DNA from: Fimbriosthenelais zetlandica
Lineage: Eukaryota
Assembly (NCBI GenBank): GCA_977030845.1
Contig: OZ365112.1
Coordinates: 15,686,001-15,750,000, forward strand
DNA length: 64,000 nt
Direction of reading: 5' to 3'
Shown: positions 42,401-55,746 of the stretch, one piece after another
How positions within the stretch are numbered: the first letter of the stretch is position 1
Layout of the letters: each line of letters starts with the position of its first letter
The notes under the pieces: generated by a model
Seen by the model: the letters and a program-made list of their open reading frames with translations, nothing else
What the model was told of the DNA's origin: nothing
Databases searched by the model: none
Position numbers and translations under genes: made by a program

Positions 42401-45400
42401 AGTCTGCGAGGGTTGGCTGAATTATTAAGGGGGTTTTAACGAGGGGAGCGTGTAATGGTTATTGTGTGCGGACCCATCATGCACAATGTGTATATAGGCA
42501 GCCATGTGTGTATTGGGGTCCTTGCATACTAGTACATGCATGTGTGGTGTGCAAGAGGGAACCTTATGCCAAGTACGTAGAGCTTTACATGCTGCTCTTC
42601 TTTATTGTGTACATTCAACCACCTGCTCTTACTTCTCAAAACATCCATTATTGTATAACTAAGCATTTTTAAATAAGAAAAGCTTACCATCTCTTGAGTA
42701 GTGGACCATATCATCATGTACAAAATAACATGCAAGGTTCAATGAAAGCAACGCCATGCAATATTAATATTTATTTACAACACAACAATTTACAAGCCTA
42801 ATGAAAATTACCTATTTTAAATGAAGGAAGTGCATGGCTAATATTGATAAAAGCTAGCACCCATATACGGCTTGCACGAGATATATAGAAAAGATATGTA
42901 AATTATGCACAATAATACTGATCATTTATGTAATGGGGAAAGCATAGTGTGAACAACAAATTAAAATTTAAATCAGGTCTAAATTTTATTACTGCTGTCC
43001 CTTCATTATATTCATACATATTACATCACACTTCAGGAAGTTAGAATCGATCTGTGGTTTATATTTTGTGCCCATCCATCACGTCTTTATTGGGTGTCCG
43101 TGGTGGTGAAAAGCTATCTGTGTAAAAATGCAACATGGCATATGTCCAAAACGGGTGCGACTTTCTATAAAATATTCAGAAATGATCATCTTTTATTAAG
43201 AAAGTTCACATCAGGATCTCTGCACTGAAGCTTTCCCTTGACATTCATCTTCTGAGTCTGGCCAGTTGACAGTCTGCAATAGAATATATTGCTGAGATAT
43301 TGTTGAAAGTCTGTAACTTCCAATTTGCATCTACTTTGGTTTATCATACATAGGCTATACCTATGATGCTAGCTATAGAGTAATTGAATATATTAAAGTT
43401 CTGAATATCTCAGAGCGAAGGGATCCAATAGTCTTTAATCAGTCAGGCGTTGAAACATGATCCAGAACTCCAAATAATGTAAGGATGACAGGGTCGATAC
43501 TACATTGACTATTCACGGAGTAAACTTTGTTTCAAGCTCAGGTTTGCCAAGTTCGGTGGCCATGTGTATTGGACTAGGTGCAAGCATCATATTTTTGTAC
43601 TTCTGTCTTCGCATGTGTGTATTCAGCTATATGAGATCCCAATTACTGATAAGGCCCGGGTCTTTGGTCTGTCAGACCGCTGTCTTTGTATATGGTATGG
43701 CACATATGTATATTACATACATAATGAATGTTGTGTGTGTGCAAATTGTACCAGTCTAGAGATTTAACCAGGCATATACCTGCACCTGCAGATCTTATCT
43801 TCTATACCATGTCTGCATGCCTGCTCACGTTCAAGCTAGAATCCTCAGTGAAGACTTGATAAAAAGTGTTCAAAGGGACTGTACTACAGCCATTCATACT
43901 TTATCTTGAGATATTTAAAAGATATCCGTGGTTAAGGATGACACTACGTCGTCTAATCGTCATAGATTTGTGTAATAACAGTCATAAAACAAAGTGTAAA
44001 CGACCCTCCCTCTCCTTCTAATGTCCCTGATAATCTGTAATATCTGGAAGAAAATAATCATTGAAGTGATTTGGATGTCATGGATTTCATTTCCTGGCAA
44101 GTTATAGATCAACTTTCTGTCATTTTGTTGTAGGAAATGTCATTCGTGCCTTTAGAACAGTAAACCTCTATCGTGCGTACACCTCCAAAACAAGCCTTTT
44201 GCTTCATAAACCAAATGTTGACTCAAACGTTTTTAGTGGGTTGACTTTTGCGGCGTGTAAGGGGATAACATATATTTATGATCCGCCGTGAGTAGGGGAT
44301 AAGTTACCTATACCTCTATCTCCTCCCTGCCTCCACTCAAGTAGGGGTTTGTGCTCCGTTGAGACAGAAGAAGAGGCCCCCTTTATGTGTGCTTAGTGAA
44401 GGATGGCCGAAGGGGAGCTCAGTGGCTTTTAGACCGATAAAAGCCACGAAGAAACTTTTTTTTCTGTTCAAGGGAGGGTGGTATAGAAAATGGAAGCTTA
44501 TCTCTAATTTATTAGATAGTCATCATGGGAATTTCAAATATTTGCTTCTGGTAGTTATGAAATATCAGCAAAAGCGTGTGACTGTAAACAGATCTAAAGA
44601 TACATCTTGTAAACATGTATATTTCTGAAGAAACATTTCTATATAATATTATTTTGTTATAAATCAATTTTAATTATGACAAAAGGTATTTAAAAGAAAC
44701 TATGAGGTGATCTAATGTGTCTGATGTGTTGTGGACATCAAGGTGAAACCCACTTCTTATATTCTTGTCGTAATGGAGTTCTGAATCAGTACAATAGACC
44801 TGGTAGAAGCCTATTCCAGATGCCAATCCTTCCATTAAGGATACAACTGTAAACATGCTGGGATTTTGAATGGCAAAAGAGTAATGGACACGACTAATAC
44901 AGTCATCACATAGAGAAAATCCACTTGACTGCATATAAATCTGTCTGAAAAGCCTTCAAAAGCCAAGCCAGCAATTACCCTTAAATACTAGTACATTGAA
45001 TCGCCGTTGGTGGCAACAAGGTCTAATAGGCCCACACTATAAGACCTCATTGGAATCGGGAGGCCATCGGCTGTGAATCTGGTTTTATAATAACTTGCGA
45101 CAGCAAAAAATTTGAGCTGGTCTGACATGAGTACAATTCAGTGATCGAGCTGCCTTCCAATTATAAGAGCAGATCTCGATGACCATAATGTGCAGAAACT
45201 CCAGAATTCAAATGAAATTCAAAAATCGAATCTGCAGATTTGAATCTGTAGAACTACTGGAGTTGATCTGACATATCTATAGAGAACCATTCAGTTAGTC
45301 GCCTCCCGATGATCAGGAGCAGGTCTTGTCTTGGCAGTAGCTCTTAAGACGATTCTTAATTTGCATTTGCATCAGGGATCATCATGTCTAATAGTGTGAA

Positions 45401-45779
45401 GCAGGCCTAAAGGGACAAGACACCCAATGGTGCACACTAACTGGTTATGACCTCTCATTGCTTCTTCATACAAAGACATGGAGTGGTAGACTGTTGCTGA
45501 GAGAGACACACACTTGAGGTATGAAGTAGATAATTGTCTACCTTCACCCCTCCTCCCTTTCACCAGGCCCAGCAGGGCATCCAGAGATTAGGCCATATAC
45601 GTGGGCACTGTGCCCGAGTCGATCATGACCCGTGAAGACAGGTCTGCAGCTTTGGTATCCTGCATGCTTAGTTCGAGGGGGGTGGACTCAGAAGGGAAGA
45701 TGAGGTTGAGATGGGATGGTTCTGTGGTGTGGAAGAAGCCTGTACTTCAACTGAGAACATCTGCTTGGAACCTCGGCCA

Positions 45780-46010
45780 GTGGAGTGGCAACCCATGGGA
45801 GAGTGGCTGGTTATTGGCTGAGGGAAGAGCGTCTGGGGTCGGCGGGAGCGCTCTGATTGGCCAAGCCTTTATCCATGGAACACTGTGTCTATGTGTGTGT
45901 GGGGAAAGTTGAGTTGGTTGCTTCAGAGTATGTGTGGTAGTGGTGGTAGTGTCCCGGGCGTCCAATGAGGGGTACTGCTGCTTCACTTGATACCATATAG
46001 TCAGTCAGAT
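45780..46010 (+). promoter_or_regulatory. Candidate unc-5 promoter block (distal)
   Basis: ATTGG at 45813 and 45856 (the latter CTGATTGGCC, an NF-Y consensus match), GGCGGG at 45841, CCAAT at 45962 and Inr-like TCAGTC at 46001. Locally GC/CpG-richer, about 1 kb upstream of the ATG. Confidence 0.5.
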
Positions 46011-46559
46011 GACAAGACACAAGCAAGCAGGACGTGTATATATGTGTGGACTATGCTCTATTGAATACACTACTTTATCAGACATGGAGAATAATACCTA
46101 AACTTCTAGTGGATATACATTAACAACATTCCCCATTCAACTAATGCAGATTATCATTCTGTCTATGATCTGTACATGTGATTTACTAGACTCCTGTGTG
46201 CTTGTGGATATACCATCTCATGTTAAAGGATTTTTATGAACATCAAGATATGTATAAAGATGGGCTCTTATTTCAAACTTTTTGGACAAATTCTTACGTG
46301 AAGCCTAAGGAGTGCTAGGGGTTTTCTACATTATTTAGAGAGTCCATATAACAGGCCCCAAGAACTTGTTGAACTCAGTCTGTGATTAAATCGATCATCT
46401 CTACTTGAAAGGATGTGTTGAGTATTATTCATTTAAGAGAACCAAGCTGTATTTAAGGATACGTGAGAGTGGTACAGCTTTGGTTCTTACAACTCATAAA
46501 GTTCCTACATGAGCTAGAGTCGGTTAAACTGTTTATGATAGGAATCCATGATGGGAGCT

Positions 46560-46720
46560 GGGGAAGAAGGAAAGAGGGGTATGGTTTAGGTTGGACCGGG
46601 GTGTGGTTGGGGTAAGGTCCCGCCTCCCTGCAGTCTGCGACCCAGGGAGTATAGGTGCCACACGGTACGCGTGACTGTGTTGTTTCAGCGTGGGAACCGA
46701 CCCCTTCAACACACCCTACC
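46560..46720 (+). promoter_or_regulatory. Candidate unc-5 promoter or 5' leader block (proximal)
   Basis: G-rich, CpG-containing stretch with a GC box (CCCGCC at 46619), 210-370 bp upstream of the ATG. The TSS cannot be fixed from sequence alone. Confidence 0.35.
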
Positions 46721-46822
46721 CCTACTACTTTTCTGGTACCTCCAGTGACTTCCAGTTTCTGAGACTGCTTGGATTTTATTTGAGATACATCCACATGTAT
46801 TGAGAAGTTGTGTAGTCAATAC

Positions 46823-46912
46823 ATGGGGCATTTGATGGTAGTGGTGTTACCTTGGAACGTTACTGGAGAAGAGAGGTCTTTGCTGGTGTGCTGGAGGAAT
46901 AGATGGGCTTGA
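46823..46912 (+). other. Upstream ORF, 29 aa (MGHLMVVVLPWNVTGEERSLLVCWRNRWA*)
   Basis: Read directly; lies in the third reading frame and overlaps the start of the second uORF. Confidence 0.4.
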
Positions 46913-46935
46913 TACCACCTGTGGACCTAACATGA
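46903..46935 (+). other. Upstream ORF (MGLIPPVDLT*) whose TGA overlaps the unc-5 ATG-ATG start
   Basis: Read directly: ATG GGC TTG ATA CCA CCT GTG GAC CTA ACA TGA. Functional only if it lies in the mature 5' UTR. Confidence 0.55.
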
Positions 46936-47019
46936 TGGTACTTACCAGGAGTGACCGTGGACCCCTCTGTCTCCCCCTCCTAGCGCTGGTCGTTGGGATG
47001 GCCATGGGGCTGAGCGAAG
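46932..47019 (+). CDS. unc-5: UNC-5 family netrin receptor, coding exon 1 (signal peptide MMVLTRSDRGPLCLPLLALVVGMAMGLSE + 1 nt)
   Basis: ATG in aacATG context (A at -3), with an in-frame TAG upstream at 46839. Basic n-region, hydrophobic h-region and a likely A-M-G cleavage site. Donor AAG|GTAAAT at 47020. The phase-1 end joins exon 2 in frame (G+GG = Gly). Confidence 0.88.
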
Positions 47020-49175
47020 GTAAATTCATGATATATGCGTATAAATTCATTTTAGATGCATCAAAAGATTTAACAAGTGATTATCAGAACCCAAAAAATG
47101 ATGCCCATTCTGTTAAAGTTGTGAAAGTGAGGTATACCATATTTATGGTGGTAAAGGAGAGCATAGTCATAGATGAATCTATATCATTGTGGTTTGACTT
47201 GAGTCTCAAGAGACAGGCCATGTACACAATGTCTATTACCCAATTGCTGCTGGAACCAATATCTATTGACATTAAACACTCCAATACACATTGACGTACC
47301 ATTCATAGTGACCCAAATCTACATTGGTATTAGCTGTCTTGATGTCCGTTAACTTTATACTCTTGCTATCAATTTGTGACTCCCAAGCCCTACAAACTCC
47401 TATCCCCTATGGATCTCCTTTGCTCGAATCAAGACACACGTGCAGGAGAACCAACTCAAGTGGAGTTAGCACACTCCAAGGGGGGCCAAACTCTTTTTCA
47501 TCAACTCTTGATCTATCCATCGATCCTCGGTACTTGAGTGTTTGCCCTAAAAAGAGCACTGGGAAATAATCACTCCACCACTGGTGGGAAAAGAATTGAA
47601 AGTAGATAGAATCCAGAATCTCAAGAACCTTACTGTTTATGTACCTTTTGAAGGCGGTCCTGGAAATTGGAAGAAGATGGTCTCTAGTACGTGCTCAGAG
47701 GTCTTTGAGGACCTGGAAACTTGGCTCTGAAAACACGTGAACTTGTGTTTTTGAAACTGTGGGGCACCGACACCCCAGCATTTTCAGCATTCGTGTCAAT
47801 ATTTTCATGATCTAGACTGGGTGCATTGGTTTCCAGCCTCTAAGGAGATGTGGCAACCTGGTTAAGTTGAAAAAGAATTCTCCAAGGCCAAAGAAAGTAT
47901 ACAACATGAATCTAGCTGTGTTGATTTCATGTGGTGAAATATTTTATTAAAGTACCCGAAACATTCTTATTAATTCCTTTATATTTGAGCAAGGAGAGGT
48001 ATTCGTGACAACCTCTATGTGGTGAAGGTATTGTCATAAAAAGAGAGATACTTGTATGTTTATATAGGCATTTGAAAACAAACCTCTGAGCCAAAAACCA
48101 TCTCTAGTTTTTGTCATGGGGATGTTGGTGGTAAATCCCTGAAGCACAGAGCAAATGTCACCCTTCATCCACCCGATTAAGAGCCCTTCCAGTCCTTCTT
48201 TTCCCTCCTAATCCCAGGACGTGTCTCGCCAAACCGCCCACGAAAAAATATCACTGACTTTCTCTCTACGAACGGGCGTGTATAGGTACACAGGAATGAG
48301 CAATTGTTACTCAAGAGTTTCTGCAGATTTGCACAAGTTCCTGAATGTTGTTGCAATTCTTTTCCAATGTTTGATACAAGAACAATAATATTTTATTGCT
48401 ATAAATTGCACTCAATATAATTGGTGTTAATGACCAACAAGTCACAGTGTTTGCATTTAACTTGTATGTGCCTTTTATATTGCATTTGACATGCAATCAA
48501 AGTCAAGAATCCCCCTATGTGCTAATTTCTAATAGAGTTGTAATGGTAAAGCCATAAACACGAGGATCCATTAACATGCCAAATTCTGATCATCCCTCCA
48601 GAGGACAAGTCTGACAAATTCGAGTAATGTAAAGGTTAGGGATTCTAAAGGGCGATATATGGTGATTTTATGACTTAATCAAGGGACTTGTATAGTTATG
48701 CCACTCACAAAGTATGTTCTGAATGTTTTTGGTTCCTAAAACCTTTAGAAAGTGATCTCATTGGGATACGAGATATGCTTGTCCATGTTACTTTCGGTTC
48801 TTTCTATACTCGTTGGTTGTATGAAGGGTGCTGCATCAAAGAAGGGCAACGGTTCAAATTATAGATTTGGGTTGTGTTTATCCTACTTGTTTGGTTTGAT
48901 AATGTTAAATCAGTATACATATGTCAAGGGATCATCCATCACTAGTATTAGTATTACCAGCACGAGTAATGGTGTAATTAGGGAATGATTAATGTTCCTT
49001 ATATTACAGACCAAAATCATCCCATGCATGGACAGGAATATGACATAGCATGATAAGATCCTTGATAAATTACGATATATCTATGTCAGTAATCTCCTGG
49101 TAGATCGAGTTGACCTTGTCTTTAATTGTTTGGTATTCAACCTGAAACTAACCAACATTGTCATCTTTTTTTCAG
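47020..49175 (+). other. unc-5: unc-5 intron 1 (2156 nt, phase 1)
   Basis: GT..AG boundaries between coding exons 1 and 2; frame preserved. Confidence 0.88.
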
Positions 49176-49553
49176 GGGAGCTCTTGGACGAGAGAAACAT
49201 AGAAGATGGCCTGCCCATCATCATCCAGCAGCCGGACCCGGTCTACTATATCGTGAAGAACAGACCAGTGACCATCAGCTGTCAGGCCTCGTCACAAAGT
49301 AACCTGCTAGACTTCAGAATTATGTTCAAGTGTATCGGTCAGTGGGTTACTTACGAGCACCATCTGACAGAAAAGAAGGAAGATCCCGAAAAGGGTATCA
49401 CTATCCTGACCACAAGTATAGATGTGGTCCGTCAGGAGGTGGAGGATTACTATGGAGGGGATAAGTACTGGTGTGAGTGCCACCCCCTTAACAGTGTCAG
49501 CGTACGTGGACATATACCAGTGATCAGTAACCGTGGAGTGGTAGAGATAGCAT
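49176..49553 (+). CDS. unc-5: UNC-5 coding exon 2: Ig-like domain 1 (GELLDERNIEDGLP...YIVKNRPVTISC...FKCIGQWV...YWCEC...VEIA)
   Basis: Acceptor TTTTTTCAG| at 49175 and donor CAT|GTAAGT at 49554. 378 nt, phase 1-1. Contains the UNC5 Ig1 motifs YIVKNxPV, FKCxGxW and YWCxC. Confidence 0.97.
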
Positions 49554-52500
49554 GTAAGTATCACATTATCTCTAGCTTTTACATCTTCTACATCATACCT
49601 ACCATGACATAGGAAGAACAGAATGGCGGAACCGTTATATACCATATAGACTTTCCTGAAGAGGGTCAGATACCGCCAACAAATTACAATTTTAATTTTC
49701 AGGGAATATATTATAAAGAAGGCATATTACGGAGAGTGTTAGAGCCAGAAAATATATCTAGGTTCCTTTCATTTCCTGTTGTATATAACTAATAGATCAT
49801 ACATGTAGATGAGTGCTCTGTTTTGAACAAAGAAAAGCTCATGGGATATAGATTATAGAAGAGAGGGTTGTCGGAAAGACTGGTGGAAATGATCAGTTAG
49901 TGTGACATTAGCTGGGGGTGGAGTGGGCTGGTTAAACTTCAGTGATGAGAGGTTGAGGGTAATGAGAGACCAACCTTCCCTGTCTGAACTATGAGCTGTA
50001 AAAACTCCTAGCTTATAATTAGCCTTGTATGTGATCCAAATCGGCTCGACGGACCACATCTCATAACCTATCTATACTGAACTATAGGATACATAACCAA
50101 ATGAATATATATGTATATACAGCCCTTGCTACTGCTTATTACCTGTGAACTTAATACCGTTTGCTGGTATAATATTTATCGCTATACAGCACACAGGTAA
50201 AAATATTGATGATATCTTCTGGACTGCAGTCTTTACTGATATAAATACTCATAAAAATGAAGGCAGTCTGATTCGTGAACCGAACAACTAACGTCCCCTT
50301 TCATTCGATGTAAGACGAGGAAAAGCATAGCTTTTCATTCAAATCTTTGCCCGTAACTCGCAGTCATTGTTGTATGCCCGGGGCTATATATGGTCGGAAC
50401 GAAACTCTCTGTGGAAACTCTTACAAAACCGAGTAAAGATATACACACAAAAGGCCACCTGCAGACTCTTATTCGTAGTCGAGATAACCATCTCTAGATG
50501 GAGAGGTCTATGCTGGTTGGATGGAACATGCACTCCATATCGCGTGTGTGCCTTGCGTTTTTGAGCAGGCGACATAGGGCTGGAAGACTGTCTCCAAGAA
50601 AGGAATTCTATGCGATTCCCTCAATAGTGTCTCAGACCTTGGTTCCTTGGTGCCCCGTGTTTCTGTTGTACACTCCTCACATTACTATCTGTCTGTTCTG
50701 TTGGGATTCCTGTATACCTTGTATGTTTTGGGATTGTACAGTAATATCTTGCTAAATAGGAGCTAGTCTCCTGTGGTGGAGATTTTATTGGAAAGGGGAC
50801 AAGTGGGTCAAGGCAGTAATGCATAATCCATGTAAAGCTTGATAAGAGTCTGGCTATAATCTCTTAATTGCTGGCTTTCGCGACATAGCCTAGCTGACTA
50901 CGTATATAGAACACATTAGAAAGCCCACACTTCCTAACCAAACTCTTCTCACCAATTGACAGAATCTCACTCATGTCAGTAGCTCCCAATACAACACTTC
51001 CATGGTTTGTGTGTATATCTATGACTCTTATCAATGACTCATGACGTGTAAAAAGCCCTTCCTCCTTCTTCTTATCTTGCATTATCTCACCCCCTTTCCT
51101 TCTCCTTCCCATGCTCTCATTCCTTCGTCTTCGTCTCCGGACAAAGCCTTGGTGATTGCTCTTATCAAGGCTTTGAGGGTTAAGCTTTGGTCTGAAGAAA
51201 AAGTCATGATGATTCAGTCGTATTCCTCGTTGGCGTGATATATTGTTCACGTGGGACCGGGTCTTATCAATTAATGTGAATTAAGCGGCATTTCTTGTTC
51301 TCCTGGGAACTTTCTACATGTTGACTGCTTGGCACGAATTGGGCTTTGACTCCCAATATGAATGGTTCTACATTTAAAACATCCCTGAATATCTGCTACC
51401 AACTGCTGACACTTTGTCTGCAGAAGGACGAAGAATGAGAAAATAGAACATCTATGTCTGATAAGAAGGTTATAGGAACTGGACTTATGCATTTATGTAC
51501 AACTGCGGACATTTTTTCAATTGAAGTATTCAATCATTGAAACATAAGTTTCCAAAGTTAGTTCATATATCAAAAGTTAAACGCTCCCATTATCTGTTTA
51601 TTACTCGGATCCCAAAGCTATGCTCTGGTCCATGAAATGTCACTCAGCGAGTTGTCATGGAAACCTCCCATCTGTCAGCGTCTGGCCCACCAGTAGTCAG
51701 GGTTCAAGGCAAGGGAATGTTCCTTGAAAATCTCACAGGTTCCTTCCAGTTTTATTCCCTCACTCCACTCCATTCTCTTGTTTAAAGGAGATCGCTGAAA
51801 GGAATCGGGTTATCTAAATTGCTTTAGTCTGGGTCGTCGAAGCGGCCTTGAAGTTTGCACTAGGGGTCTTGATTGTAGTGAGAAAAGTATTTTGCGAGAT
51901 ACCTTTGTTGTGATGTTCATGCATTGCTATAATGTAGACAGCAGTGAACTTATATGGAGGCAACTTCTGGGTGTTATCTTTCTCCTTTGCAAAATTCTCA
52001 CTTGTTCGGACATTTGGTTATACTATACCGACTATTTTATACCTGCAACATGTAGGAATGAGTAGATTTGTGCATGTTTCCGATGGGATAATTATTATGA
52101 AAGAAAGTTTCTATAAGGAAATGTTATAGGTGTTCCTTACACATCCTGTACAACCACGAAGGATATAACATATCACCCAACACGCCAAAGTTCTATCAAT
52201 AAAGATTGTCGCGTCCCACCTGGCAATGACTCTGACAGAGTTATAAATGCAGTGATGTCAAGCATGTTTGAAGGCAAGTTTTATTCGCTTCCTACCACAG
52301 ATTACAACTTTATGACCCTATCCCATTGTGGACCTCCGATGTCTGAGGTTTTGGGTGAAGCGTTTTATTGCTTTGTTCCTAACTTCTCTCCGCAGTATTT
52401 TGCTTTACATTTAAGGAAGCAATAACTATCTAATGTTGGTGCCTTATGTCTGGTTTTGTGGTATGTCACAGACAACACTTGAGTTTGAAAGTTATGGACA

Positions 52501-55500
52501 TACTGATCTCATGAGAGTCGTTATCATCAAGGCGCAGCCTGTCAGACTTGTCGATCTGGGAGTTTTCAATGCAAATGCTACTCATACAAGTGGGTCCTGG
52601 TCATGTTGTGAATTATCCAAATATACTTCATTGCCATGCACTGAGTAAATTATGAATAATCAAGGATTATCCCATGGACGAAATTACCTCGAGACACATG
52701 TTGCCAAAGAGATGTGTGTAGTTCATGAGTACGACCTGCAGTGGTCGACCTTGTATACTACCGCGCCATCTGGGTGTGTCCATGTCAACCAGGACAAAGC
52801 CAAGAAACATGCTCATGCAATTTTCTTCTTTCTCCTGGTTTCCAATGATCATAATCTATCAATTATTTGTGGAAGTCTGACCCCACATGCAGGAGGTTGA
52901 TTTGTAGGGACAAATGCTCTAATTATAACCCATGGGGATCTTTATAGTAGAAAGGGGATGGCAACCTTTGTTCTGGAGGTCCTATAGATTCATATTTGGC
53001 GTTGATATGGATGTGGCTAGGGACCAGATTCCCTATGACATGTTGATTTTTTCGCATGTCTAACATGCATGCATGATGGGGTGGGGGCAGGGGGCGAGGA
53101 ACGCCATGGGTAAAGCTGGAATTATAGGAGAAAATGGTGTCACAATTGAGATAACCAGGGGGAAATAGGGGGCCCAGGGGGGAATATCAACACGCTCCCA
53201 GAGTCTAATGGCTTGATCAATATTAAAACAAAGACTAACCATTGTGAACAATTTCATACATGATTGTTGGCAACATGTGAGTTTTCGTGCTAGTGGGGTA
53301 ATATGCTTTTTCTGTTTGGGACGTGGCCACAAGTGATTATTGGCCTTATCAGCACTTACTTTTTGACAGAAGTAATTTTTCCAAGACTGATTTTGATTCC
53401 AGTTGGCTTTGAGTAAATTAATCGACAGACTGCGACTGATGCTAGGAATAAATCCTCCTGATTAGCACTCGATATCCAAAATATATCAAATTTCAAAGCT
53501 TAAGAAACTCAGGAAATTGGAGAGAAGGGACCAACGTCGAGGTATCCGAAAAAATAACCACAAATAACATTATGCATTCTGAGTTCATGACTAATGAACT
53601 AAGACCATGACCTCTGTCGTTGGAAACACATCGACCTCTGCTCGGAAAGAACCAATGTTTTTAAAGTTTTTAATATTGGGGTCACCCGCACCTCCAAAAG
53701 GGCGCATCAACAGTAAGGGAGATATCGACATGGCATTTGGTCCAGAACTGTCAAATATTTAGGTTGCATGTTAATCCGAGGGCTCGCGTGTGCCTCTGTT
53801 TACAGTGATTTTGTCATGTGTTCATATTCATGACGACCACTATTGACACAGCAGTAATTTCCATTCAACCCAGGATTTTGAAGCTACCGAAGGGTTCCCA
53901 GCGCGTAACAAGATCTCTGTCTGAAAAGTTCAATGGACAGCTGATAATTGATGACTTTCTGAATGTCTGCTCAGCAAAGGTTTTGAGAATAAATCTCAAA
54001 GCCAGCAAAATCTGCTTCAAAAGCTGCACCAAAGGCTTTATATAGGCTTTGGCAGTGAAGAGTCCAATAGCTTTCCCAAGACAAATCGATCCTCCACATC
54101 AACTGTCTTGTTTGGCGAGTGAATTAAGCTGACGAGCCTTAATATCCTGCTTAAGGCAATGAAAAAAATAAGGCTGAGTAATAATAGATTCCATGGATTT
54201 CCGTGAGGGAGGAGCAAATTTGCTCTTCAATTATTTCATCTGTGTGTTGTTAAGAGAGAGGATAAAAATGGAGGTGGAAATGGCGGCTGTTGTTTTGGTA
54301 TCGACTTGTTGGAGAATGAGCAATGTTTGCCTGAATGTCTCTGGTGCAGCTTCCCTGCGGTGGACATTTTGGGTAGAGATTTTACCATCAATCTGATACA
54401 GACAGCATTGATAATCAAAACTTAATGACTGTGTTTTCAGGGTGGGATTTAAATCATTATCATTGCTGACTTTCATGACAGTTTTTGTCTGTGATAATAC
54501 TACAAGATTGAGATGTCAAAATTGTAATGGTTCCCTCCTGCAGTATGGTACTCTGAGAGCTTAGGACTTCTCGATCTCGCTTCATGCAGTGGCAAGTACT
54601 TCAGGGGCCCCAAGAACAACTTCCATATATGGAATGACATCGCCTAGTGTTCATCATTATAACCTACTAAACTCGATGAATCAGGCCATTTACAGAAGAG
54701 AAATATAGTTCTTTTAGTGAACCTCTAATGCTAATTTTAATTAATTGATGAAAGCAAGGAAAAATAATGATAGGGTGGCATTATAGAGAACCATTATTAA
54801 ATGTGATTGGATGTGAAGCATTGATGTTATGTGTGATTGTCAGTGGAGACCAGGACAAAGCCTCCACCAGATGCTCGCTCTACTCCCTGCCGCCTGTTAA
54901 CCGTTCCTCCGGGACCAATATGGGCCGAGGTGACACGGTAATAGTTTTCCCTACGATTAAAGGTGGACCATTTCAGGAAGCCATTCACACCTGGCAGGCT
55001 GGGAAGTACCTTGTGCTCAATCGTGCAAAGAAAGTCCTAATCTTTTAATGGCTTACTTTAAGGGCCATGTTTCTATATGCCAATGACCTCATCCAATTCT
55101 TACTGTAATAATATGTAAGAGACTGGATAAATTATTCTCTTTATACTTTTATATTTGAGTTGAGGGGATACCTCTTTAACGCAGCCTCCTCGTATGTTGA
55201 TAAGGAACCTTGATTTTTCTGACACACCCTACTCAGTGAACCGATCAGAAGCCAACTATACAAACCCGCATTAACTACACTTGTAATTGTTCTTCAGCCA
55301 AGTCTTTGTCGCCTGCCTTGTTATAATGGGGACATTTTGGCAGAGGAGATATTTATTTCTGAGGTTTGACAAACAGAAATGTAATCATGATGACATCTTG
55401 ATTAGCTCCCGCAGCGTCACTGTCCAAATTGGCCTCGGGCCCTTATTTTTTCTTTGAATTTAATAATGTTCACCTTATACAATTTTTCAGACCCGATTCT

Positions 55501-55746
55501 CTTTAACATGTTCTTCATATGTTTGATACAACCGCTAAAGGAATTGAGGTGTTATAAGTTTACAATAAAAATAATAATGATGGTTCCCTAAACCACTGCT
55601 GAAAGTTACATAGTTACATTTCACGTGCATGGTATAACAATATAATTGTTAAAAGAATACATAATCTTTGTCAATAGGGCCATATCTAAATGGATTATTA
55701 ACATTTTTTAATATATTAATCGCAACTTTCCGCACCTGTTTTTCAG
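49554..55746 (+). other. unc-5: unc-5 intron 2 (6193 nt, phase 1)
   Basis: GTAAGT..TTTCAG boundaries; frame preserved. Confidence 0.95.

Larger units (their letters stand above)
1..45779. other. Long non-coding region upstream of unc-5 (intergenic DNA or a very long 5' UTR intron)
   Basis: No ORF-track protein here resembles a family I recognise. I found no tRNA, rRNA, transposase or reverse transcriptase signature by eye; short exons could have been missed. Confidence 0.65.

Noticed and set aside
17-45986. The many 60-174 aa ORFs upstream of unc-5 (e.g. 22033-22557, 3301-3714, 31254-31643, 1657-2037, 15786-16148)
   Set aside because: No recognisable domains, random Cys/Leu/Ser-rich composition, frequent overlaps across frames and no consistent splice-phase chain.
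51782-51991. TTAAAGGAG...CTCCTTT, resembling Kolobok-type MITE ends
   Set aside because: Only an 8-nt inverted match, and no TTAA at the right end.
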